Of a DNA stretch of 64,000 nt, positions 46,401 to 52,900 are shown one piece after another. Source of the DNA: an uncultured Bacteroidales bacterium (lineage in GTDB: Bacteria > Bacteroidota > Bacteroidia > Bacteroidales > CAIWKO01); NCBI GenBank assembly GCA_964626855.1, contig CAZVKJ010000002.1, forward strand, positions 101,852 through 165,851, given 5' to 3'. Within the stretch, counting starts at the first letter, position 1. Each line of letters starts with the position of its first letter. Both the position numbers and the translations under genes were made by a program. Below the pieces are notes generated by a model. That model was not told where the DNA came from. It ran no database searches and saw only the letters and a program-made list of their open reading frames with translations.

Positions 46401-48948
46401 ATCGGGCAATGCCAGTTTCAACACATCCTCATTAACCACGGCTAATAATGGCCAGCAATTAGTAATAACAAGAATCACCAATGGGAACTGCTATACAGAT
46501 CTCACACAGAGTGTATCGTTACAGGTAACAGCTGCTCCTACGCTGACCGGGGCATCACAGGCAACAGTGGTGTGTGGCAGTGGCTCTGCAACAATAAATC
46601 TGACCGGGATGGTTGCAAATAGTACAGGCAATGCAATTAATTATTCTATTAATGGAGTGCCACAGACACAGGTTACGGGTGTAAATGTGAATGGGTCCGG
46701 TGATGCCGGTTTTAATACCAGCACGCTTACAAACGGTAATAATGGCCAGCAATTAGTGATAACCCGTATTACGAATGGCTCATGTTATACCGATTTCACC
46801 CAGGGATTATTGCTGGGTGTTGAAGATGCACCAACATTAACAGGGGCCTCACAAGCCGCTGCAGTCTGTGGAAGTGGCTCGGCCACCATTAATCTTTCGG
46901 GTTTGGTCGCAAATAGTATAGGAAACGTAATAAATTATTCAATTAACAGTGTTCCACAAACACCTGTTATTGGTGTAAATGCCAATGGTTCTGGCAACGC
47001 TAGTTTTACCACACCATCGTTAACTACTGCCAACAACGGTCAAATTCTGCAGATTACGGGAATAACAAATGGTAATTGTACATCATCATTTTCGCAAAAT
47101 GTTATCCTGAACGTTACAACAACATATACCTGGACAGGAACAGTAAGTACGAATTGGGATGTTGACGGCAACTGGTCCTGTGGTATTGCCCCCACCAGTG
47201 TTAATGATGTTATCATCCCGGTGGTGGCGAACCTTCCTGTTGTAAGTTCAACAGGAGTTTCCGCATGCCATAATATTACTATTAATGCCAATGCATCGGT
47301 TACGGTCAGCAGTACAAAAGATTTATCTGTGTATGGCAACTGGACTAATAATGGCGTGAGTACAGTAGGAAGCGGTACGGTCATATTTACAGGAGGCTCG
47401 GCACAAACAGTCAGTGGTGTTACAAAATTTGGAAATCTTACAATAAATAATCTGAGCGGAGTAACATTATCAGGAAATACTCAATTAACAGGAGTTTTAA
47501 CGCCTACACAGGGGAATCTTGCCAGTAATGGCTACCTGACATTACTCTCTACGGCCTCACAGACAGCATTGATAGCAGGAACAGGAACCGGTAATGTTAC
47601 AGGCGATGTTACCATGCAGCGGTATATGCCCAACAAGCGAGGTTATCATTACTATTCTTCACCATTCAATGGTGCCCCCATTACGGAGTTTACAGATGAG
47701 CTCGGAACAATAATTACGGGAGATCCTTATGTTAATAATGATACAACCCATACCGTTACGCCGTTCCCCAATTTCTTCATCTATGATGAAACGCCGCCTT
47801 ATACCATGTCGATTGGATGGACAGGGGCAAGTTCCACGTTGGAAACGATGAGAGGTTATTGTATTAACTTTGGTTCGTCAACAGCCGCGATTACTACTGA
47901 TGTTACCGGTGTGGTCAATAATGGCCCGTTAAGCTATGGTGTAACAAGAACAACATCTACGCACCCATCGGCTGATGGATGGAACCTTGTTGGAAACCCC
48001 TATCCATCGCCAATTAACTGGCAAGCCTCCGGTTGGACCAAAACCAATATCAGCAACGGCATTTACTATTTTAAACCTAATGCGCAATATACCGGTACAT
48101 ACAGCTCTTTTGTCAACGGAATAGGTGTAAATGGCGGATCCGGAATTATTTCTTCAATGCAGGGCTTTTTGATCAGGGCAACAGCAAACGGAACACTGGG
48201 TGTGACTAATTCCGTCAGGGTAAATAATCTGACCACAACTTTCTATAAGGCACAGCAGGTTATTCCCTTATTAAGACTTAAAGGATATCCGTCAGCCAAT
48301 CAGTCATACGGTGATGAAACCGTAATCTATTTTGATTCCCTTGCAACATCGTGGTTTGATAATGATATGGATGCCTACAAGATGATGAACAATGATCCAA
48401 ACTATCCGAATATCTTTACAAAGGATAGTTCCAATAGTACATTATCAATAGATGCATTACCTCCACTAACAAATATGGATGTTGTCATTCCCCTGGGATA
48501 TGTAACAAAGACCAGCGGAAGCTTTAAAATCAAGGCTACAGAAATTTTGAACTTTGACCCGACAGTACACATTTACCTCGAAGACAATAGTACCTCTACA
48601 AGCCAGGATTTGACCATAAATCCGGAATACACCTTTAATATTACTGCTAATGAACCGCTTTACAGGTTTTTCATCAGGTTTTCGCCAACTATTATTACGG
48701 AAATTCCTGAAAACACAAGTACATATATTGATGCATGGTCATCAGGAAAGGACATCTACATAAGCTGTAATACCTCAAAACAGCAACAGCTTGAGGTGTC
48801 GGTATATGATATGCTTGGCAGGAAAATCATTTACCAGCAGCAGGATGGAAGCGGAATGTTGCATTATACACTGGAAAAGCCCGGATGTTATGTGGTGGAT
48901 GTTGTAAGCGGAAATAAAACATATCAGAAAAAAGTTATCATAATGTAA
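37411..48948 (+). CDS. giant (3845 codons) parallel-beta-helix repeat adhesin-like protein with T9SS C-terminal sorting domain; likely continuation of 35248..37389
   Basis: It has no signal peptide of its own. Dozens of PbH1-like units are present (ISGNSIYN, ISNNYIGG, ITGNTISNI, IHNNTIKNI). There are three modules ending in DFDG..R....GADE, six 98-aa tandem repeats, and a T9SS tail LEVSVYDMLGRKI...KPGCYVVDVVSGNKTYQKKVIIM. Confidence 0.85.
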   Translation: MTFRPELGAGMLVTSGDPGSGNALIKLTGVGNATGYIIFDGRAGGTGSTVGWTIRNTRTTSIVGPAFQFTNGCAYDILQYCQLESYNTTATSGTVYLYNSSTGPANNHLTIQNCNIGPYSTYYPVNGICAYGYSTTYPNSYISVLDNNIYNFLPGSTAVGSAVCVTGTSTNTNYGDNWTISGNSIYNSVTQVNGYYVYPIYFIPGTGSTNNTISNNYIGGQSALCGGTGSPWVCKSTSSSGITVPAFAGMFIKAGSATITGNTISNIQINNTNQNGHAFGIDVDGTSGSSGFIITGNTIGNPSPSGSAVGFQNTGAAANGGSVCGIVNQAAGNITIGAAGSGNGNIIANLSNVGSSVNTPVAGIVTTTGVNSIVNNTIFNLTAATLNTATQVNSIPFDGCVVGILSSTAVTGQLNINDNTIYNLISSGTSAAATRAVGINVNGIPPYALANGSHSVDGNKIYNISTTNTNTSAIIAGIRLSGSSSSSAVNFTISNNMVMLGYRGDGTTITGSAQISGIFDNSSGYSGNPTSYDNNIRVWHNTVYIGGTGVTGGAVNTYAFYRYNTNSSPKNVEKIYNNIFVNDRSYSVSGTGFNAGIGLDNNLTYSPNLLSTDYNLVYGTGVQYRFGYITSTSYATKAAWVAANATFDPNSQTTNPQLIDPTSTSAPDLHVNTSVVTPVEGAGTGSYTMTYDFDGDTRASLTPTDIVADAGDFQGAPNISYTALANTSSLSNAPHTATITSANGINVTSGTKPRIYFKRTYEANTFVDNTNATDGWKYTEATNSSSPFTFLIDYSLLYNSGSIPVAAGDYIQYFVVAQDNNGTPTIGINSGVFNATPSSVDDYANIFPLGSPINQYWILPSQGSYTIGVTGRPTNNYTSLTRNDGFFAGMDDPNTLISGDITMSITADISIEDGANGLNQWTESPPNNVFTVTVQPDASANRNVYGTYAGGLFRLNGCERVIFDGSNGTTSRYLTFYNSTAAQPTFVFINDATGNTLNYCNIYSSNTSSSSGTILFSTGTSAGNDNNTISNCDIYQGSSVPYNAIYSLGSASYTNSGNTIKGNLIRNFTNYGINISSTGNGDGWTIGGANAPDGNSIYNESARSTALVNIYFAAGSNHTIRNNSIFHNAAANTSTFTGIQIAGSGNGITIRDNYIGGTQAQCGGTALLSSYSGAGAFIGITAAVGTTTDAEIHNNTIKNITNSGAASSFTGIAVTAGIANIGTSAGNTIGDVSIANSISLSGSGATSPITITGAGNGSDISNNTIAGFTTSSNNAFVGITLTVGTTTATSVQGNTIKEITMNGNVASSFKGIYVTAGKVNIGDVSSNNIGDASLTDYSSITYAGTLTCYGIYSAASAASVISNNYIANIYASYNSSGTAVILCGIYHVTNAVALTITGNTIKYLKSNYGNTNALGATSSVEGISVATSAAGSTISQNTIHTLQNTYATGAANHIAGIYANLATSGTNIVSKNFVHSLKSTNATTAGSLCGIYLAAGLYTCDNNMIRLGVDDAGADINNNYLIYGIYQASAAVNSNIYFNSVYIGGSAVAPAGAINTYGLFRNNTIATNVKNNIFMNARSNNTGTGTHYSISISAITGYTGDNNLFYTPGTGGKVGKVSTTDYADLTAWKSGSTQDALSVSGDPHFLYPANDNTSLDLHIDAASGTQVESGGIEISGITYDFDAAGTRPSGGYPLSGQTNGGGNAPDIGADEGDFVGVDLTPPMISYTPLSSSVVATGRSFTDVGITDASGVNITNGTKSRCYYKKSTDANTYAGNTSSDDGWKYVEASGTTSPFSFYIDYSILNGGSVVANDIIQYFVVAQDLAPAINVGINSGTFTSYPASVDLASGNFPLTGTINQYTILPGVNAEYYVGASSCNGNSPNYATLTGASGFFAFMNTSGTSMVIDKNITVYITSDITETGVNALNQWTEDGNGPYTLTIVPCDATLKTLSGSVSSNGLIPINGADRVIFDGRYAGSGKYLKFKNTYATAGTAAPTFKLYNNSTYNTIEYCYVEGQLQYSDTYNPSSGVIMLGTSTAGGDGNSYNTVSDCDVYGGGSSWYASTLIYSCGLAGTPNHDNAISNNNLYNFCYGGGGTTTRAHAINITATGNGSNWTISGNSIYNTFVNGTNVQSAITFLPGSSSTGNIISNNWIGGKAPLCGAAGTPWENSYDPYNTTETILYGMQINVGTITIDGNNITNIKASSPDYTGIQLIKIVGSTVATITNNVFGSGTNGTPDNSKIIQCSGGAGTSYGPGYIYGIWNTSNTTSMTTYDNNDFYYLWQSGAGYGGSVQCIVHQTAGPATITNNQINGPQAVGSADYGAGYNSFGIRVEPTASNTGNIIRNNRVAGPYLNNTSALTYESANYGIRVFVSSYTVSGTIDNNVIWDMRNADRAGYTEGIYIYSTTGGNGNWDIYNNQITLKNNGSTSNCVGLYGIDIALNSASTTTIRHNTVYIGGSNGGSPVAGHDFSSYCYLRLPNSSGTVVGDAVTVQNNIFINSRLVGNGYVAGHFAIANQGTSNYATNWNVSDNNFLFTNNGTYNKIGCWGSTAQATLANWRTASSKDANSYTATVTTGASNFASGLLNPDNSSYLFNNPLSDLHISISDGQSYQFVADRGTTTSITTDFDGESRPMDAAPDLGADEFTATCTNPTLSGASQAAEVCGSGPAIINLTGLVASSTDNAIDYTINGVQQTQVTGIDADGSGNASFTTTSLTTGNNGHQLVITKITNGACFTNFSQSVVLQVTATPTLTGASQASAVCGSGTATINMTGLVASSTGNAIDYTINGVPQTQVTGVSADGSGNASFTTTSLTTGNNGQQLVITAITNNSCSSNFSQSVVLQVSALPTLTGASQSAVVCGSGTATIDMTGLVAGSTGNAIDYTINSVPQTQVTGVNADGSGNASFVTSALTTGNNGQQLVITKITNGTCYTDFTQSVVLQVEVSPTLTGASQASLVCGSGEATINMSGLVAGSTGNAIDYTINGVPQTQITGINANGSGNASFNTSSLTTANNGQQLVITRITNGNCYTDLTQSVSLQVTAAPTLTGASQATVVCGSGSATINLTGMVANSTGNAINYSINGVPQTQVTGVNVNGSGDAGFNTSTLTNGNNGQQLVITRITNGSCYTDFTQGLLLGVEDAPTLTGASQAAAVCGSGSATINLSGLVANSIGNVINYSINSVPQTPVIGVNANGSGNASFTTPSLTTANNGQILQITGITNGNCTSSFSQNVILNVTTTYTWTGTVSTNWDVDGNWSCGIAPTSVNDVIIPVVANLPVVSSTGVSACHNITINANASVTVSSTKDLSVYGNWTNNGVSTVGSGTVIFTGGSAQTVSGVTKFGNLTINNLSGVTLSGNTQLTGVLTPTQGNLASNGYLTLLSTASQTALIAGTGTGNVTGDVTMQRYMPNKRGYHYYSSPFNGAPITEFTDELGTIITGDPYVNNDTTHTVTPFPNFFIYDETPPYTMSIGWTGASSTLETMRGYCINFGSSTAAITTDVTGVVNNGPLSYGVTRTTSTHPSADGWNLVGNPYPSPINWQASGWTKTNISNGIYYFKPNAQYTGTYSSFVNGIGVNGGSGIISSMQGFLIRATANGTLGVTNSVRVNNLTTTFYKAQQVIPLLRLKGYPSANQSYGDETVIYFDSLATSWFDNDMDAYKMMNNDPNYPNIFTKDSSNSTLSIDALPPLTNMDVVIPLGYVTKTSGSFKIKATEILNFDPTVHIYLEDNSTSTSQDLTINPEYTFNITANEPLYRFFIRFSPTIITEIPENTSTYIDAWSSGKDIYISCNTSKQQQLEVSVYDMLGRKIIYQQQDGSGMLHYTLEKPGCYVVDVVSGNKTYQKKVIIM
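45361..47124 (+). repeat. six tandem 294-nt (98-aa) coding repeats inside the giant gene
   Basis: PTL(T/S)GASQ codons recur at 45361, 45655, 45949, 46243, 46537 and 46831. Each unit reads PTLTGASQ..VCGSG.ATIN.TGLVA.STGNAIDYTING VPQTQVTGV.A.GSGNASF.T..LTTGNNGQQLVIT.ITNG.C...F.QSV.LQV. Confidence 0.95.
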
Positions 48949-48970
48949 GATTATCATAAAGGAGGACTAT

Positions 48971-49204
48971 ATGAGAAACAGAATCATTTATCGAACATTG
49001 CCGGAAATTAATTTAAGAAGGATCAGCATTAAGGCTATTTTAATAAATGGCTTTTTATTGTTCCCGATATTCATTAATGAGGCGCTGGCACAGGTTCCGC
49101 CACCTCAACCAAGTGAGGAATTTGTGCCTATCAAAGGCTTGGGCATACTGGCCATCGCCGGTATTGTTTATGGCGTATGGAAGCTGATTCGTAAAAAGAA
49201 GTAG
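48971..49204 (+). CDS. 77-aa pre-protein: signal peptide, short Pro/Glu spacer, PEP-CTERM-style tail (motif, TM helix, KKK)
   Basis: A perfect AAGGAGG (48959-48965) lies 5 nt upstream of the ATG. The signal peptide reads ...FLLFPIFINEALA/Q. The mature part is only QVPPPQPSEEF plus VPIKGLGILAIAGIVYGVWKLIRKKK. It starts 22 nt after the giant gene and ends 47 nt before the exosortase-like gene. Confidence 0.5.
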   Translation: MRNRIIYRTLPEINLRRISIKAILINGFLLFPIFINEALAQVPPPQPSEEFVPIKGLGILAIAGIVYGVWKLIRKKK

Positions 49205-49251
49205 CTATAATGTGATTTATAATCAACACTGAATATCAAGGATACTTTCAA

Positions 49252-49839
49252 ATGCTGGCACTGACGTCTAAAATAAAAAATTTTTCGCGTTCAAATAAGA
49301 TTCCCGTTTTCTTTATTGAACTACTGTTGTTTTATCTTTTATGGAATTTTTTAGACGGATACCTGATTGCACACAGCCATTTATTTGACAGGATTTGGAT
49401 GGGTATGTACCATATACTTTTAAAGAGTGTGATGTTTATGAGTGTACTGATCACCAAAATCTTTACGGATGTACAAATCACAACCACTTACAGGCATATT
49501 ATACTTGGGGATTTTGGAAGTATAGGGATTTCAAATTACTGCCTTTGTGCAAATCTTATGTTTTTATTCGGGGCCTTTATTATTGCATATCCCGGAAAAT
49601 GGAAGATAAAGTTATGGTTTATACCCCTTGGCATTGTAATAATACATTTGTTGAATACATTTAGAATTTCAGCCTTATGCCTGTTGAAAATTTATTCGCC
49701 GGAAACGCTGGAAATAAATCATCATTATATTTTTAATATTATTCTTTACGCCTTTGTTTTTATTATGTGGATGATTTGGATTACCCGTTTATCGGGTGAG
49801 GGAATATTAAAAAGGAAACTCTCAGAAGGAAAAGAATAA
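49252..49839 (+). CDS. xrtF: exosortase family protein, XrtF-like (195 aa)
   Basis: Small polytopic protein with the ordered exosortase/archaeosortase triad context. The Cys is in GISNYCLCANLMFLFGAFIIAYPG. The Asn/Arg motif is IIHLLNTFRISALCLL. The His is in SPETLEINHHYIFNIILYAFVF. Size and phylum context fit the XrtF class. The call is from memory of the family pattern, not a search. Confidence 0.62.
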   Translation: MLALTSKIKNFSRSNKIPVFFIELLLFYLLWNFLDGYLIAHSHLFDRIWMGMYHILLKSVMFMSVLITKIFTDVQITTTYRHIILGDFGSIGISNYCLCANLMFLFGAFIIAYPGKWKIKLWFIPLGIVIIHLLNTFRISALCLLKIYSPETLEINHHYIFNIILYAFVFIMWMIWITRLSGEGILKRKLSEGKE

Positions 49840-49865
49840 CAAAAAAAATGGGAATTTTATAATAG

Positions 49866-49891
49866 AAAAGGCTGCCCCAGGGCAGCCTTTT
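49866..49891. terminator. bidirectional rho-independent terminator between convergent genes
   Basis: aaaaggctgcc-ccag-ggcagcctttt forms an 11-bp stem including the A/T arms, so it is usable on both strands. It lies between the gene ends at 49839 and 49913. Confidence 0.75.
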
Positions 49892-49912
49892 CTATTATAT
49901 TATGGAGTCGAA

Positions 49913-52900
49913 TCAATGCACAAGTTTTAATACCATGCAGTTTGATTTTTCAGCCCCGAGAAAATCAAGGCGGAAGGTATATATACCCGCCGGCAGGTCT
50001 TTTGGTGAGAAAGCAATAGTATGCGTTCCTCCGGTTTGATTTTCATTTTGAAGTTCGCTTACAAGTTCTCCTGTTGCATTATAAATATTTATCGTTACCA
50101 TTCCGTTTTCCGGGATGTTGTAAGTTAATTTTACATTGTCATCAAATGGATTGGGGTAAGCTGTAAAGTCAAAACCATTTTCGCTGTTACTGGCTTGAAA
50201 GAATATTTTGGGCATAAGCAGGTATGTTCCATCGTTTTCTTCACCAAACCGGTTTGCGGCAACACCTGTACCAGATAGCGAAAAATTGATCTCGCCTGGC
50301 TCAGGATCTTTTAATGTGCGGAATCCGAGAACAAGAATCTGATCATTAGGGTTCACATCAAAATGGTGTGTAGTGGCATAAACAACCCGTATAACTCCAT
50401 TCTCATCAGTAACAAGTAAATCATTATCACTTGTCATTATTTCATCCAGCGAAGGATTGATTTTTATTTCCGGGCTGTTTTTACCTGTACCACTAACATA
50501 AGCAGAAATAAGCCTGAAATCTGATTCGGGATATTTAGCTTCAAGGCCGAGTGCCGAAAAATCATCTATTTTTGAACTTATCCTCAATGGTACTTCAAAA
50601 TATGAAGGATTGGTGATCACCTGGTATTCATCAGATGAAACAATAAAATCCTGTGGCAATGATTTAAGCCCGCTCCAGTTTGTGGTAGAATCGCGGTATT
50701 TGGTGCTTGAAGCATTAAAATCACCATAGCTGATCGTTTTAAGCGTGATGCTTAAATTAGAACCGGCAACAGTTACCATTGTATCCAGAGCTGCCCAGTT
50801 GCCTTTTGGGAAATTTTTCGTAACATTATATGGTGCTCCGATTTTCGCCTTTATTCTGGCAATATCAACGGCATTAATAGACGTGTTATTATCAACACTT
50901 CCTGCATTTTTATATTTTGCAGAGAAATTTCTGGACGGATCCACCATGGTGTCTACACCAATATAATATTTCAACAGCGCTATATCAACAGCGTTGACGT
51001 CGTTACACCATTGCATGGTATCTGCTGCATATTTATCATATGAAAGGATATAATTTCCGTCGGCAACATTAGTAAACTGATAATTCCCCTGTAAATCACT
51101 GGTATCTCTTGCCACTTCTGTTCCCGCGGGATAGTTTTTCAGGATGACCACTACATTATCGATATCATAAATAACAGCATTGTAGGTAGGTGGATTTGGC
51201 ACCGTGCCCACATTGGCTTTACCGGTATAACGTGTTTTTCCGCTGATGACATGGCCACTGCCTCCCACGTAAACCGTAACCACATCCGTGGCTGTGCAAT
51301 TGTTATTACTAACGGTCAGGGTGTAGGTTGTTGTTATTGATGGTGATGCTGTTGGCTGGGCAATGGCCGGATTATTTAATCCCGAAGTGGGTTGCCAGCT
51401 AATGGTTCCGGGCCCGTTATCGGGATCGCCAATAGAAACAGGGGCGCCTGTATATGTTGCAGATGTCCCCGCTTCGGCTATGGGAACCGCATAAACCTGC
51501 ACGTCCTTTATCGTTGCCGAAGATGCTGCACAATCATAACCATTGGAATAGTTTACTGTTACTGTTTGTAATCCAACGGTGGTCCAGGATACAGTAATAG
51601 TGTTAGTGCCTGTTCCCGCTGTGATATTTCCTCCGGCAGAAACATTCCAGGTATATCCCGTCATGGAACTTTCTGTGGTGTATGTTACGCCTGTGGCGCC
51701 TGCACACACGGAGGGAAGCCCTGTAATTGTTGGAACGGGCCTGGGGTTTACTGTAATAGTATATGCTGACGGTGTCCCTGTGCAGTTGTTTACTGTTGGT
51801 GTTACCGTAATGGTAGCAATGATGGGCGAAGTTCCTGTATTAGTTGCAGTAAACGAAGGAATATTTCCGGTGCCGCTGAAAGCCAGTCCCAATGCCGAGT
51901 TTGAGTTAGTCCACGTATAGGTGCCTCCTGCCGGGGTGCTTAAAAAGTTTGTAGCAGTGACAGTGCCGCCACTACAAACAGTTATATTCGATGGAACGGT
52001 TACGGTTGGTGTCGGATTAACGGTAATTACAAAATAAACCGGTGATCCCTGGCAGCCATTCAATGTTGGTGTGACAAGAATCGTAGCTAAAATTGGTGAT
52101 GTGCCCGTATTATGGGCTGTAAAAGAAGCAATGCTTCCGGTACCGCTCGCGGCCAGGCCTATGGTAGTATTGGAATTGGTCCATGAAAATGTTGCGCCCG
52201 CAGGTGTACTGGTGAAGTTTACCGCCGGGACAATCCCGTTATTACAAACAGTTATGTTGGATGGGGCCGTGACTACCGGGGTAGGTTTTACAGTAATTGT
52301 ATACGAGGAAGGTGTCCCCACACAACTGTTAACTGTGGGTGTAACGGTAATGGTGGCAGATATTGAGGCGGTACCCGTATTAGTTGCTGTGAAAGAGGGA
52401 ATATTTCCGCTACCACTTGAAGTCAAGCCGATGGCTGTATTTGAATTTGTCCAGGAAAACGTGCCGCCGGCCGGAGTGCTGGTAAAGGATGTGGCAGACA
52501 CCGTGCTTCCATTACAAACGCTGATGTTTGAAGGAACAGTTACCGTTGGTGTGGGTTTGACAGTAATCGTATACGAGGAAGAGGTTCCCACACAACTATT
52601 CACTGTCGGAGTAACAGTTAGGGTTGCTGTAATATTTGAAGTTCCTGAATTGGTTGCGGTAAATGAAGGAACATTGCCTGTGCCGCTTGATGTCAAACCA
52701 ATTGCAGTATTTGAATTCGTCCAGGAAAATGTGCCGCCGGCCGGAGTGCTGGTAAAGGATGTGGCAGACACCATGCCTCCATTACAAACGCTGATGTTTG
52801 AAGGAACAGTTACCGTTGGTGTGGGTTTGACAGTAATCGTATACGAGGAAGAGGTTCCCACACAACTATTCACTGTCGGAGTAACAGTTAGGGTTGCTGT

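Noticed and set aside
45361-47124. Regularly spaced repeats considered as a possible CRISPR array (also 51740..53359).
   Set aside because: The periods (294 and 270 nt) are multiples of three and lie inside long open frames. There is no short-repeat/unique-spacer structure and no cas genes. These are coding domain repeats.
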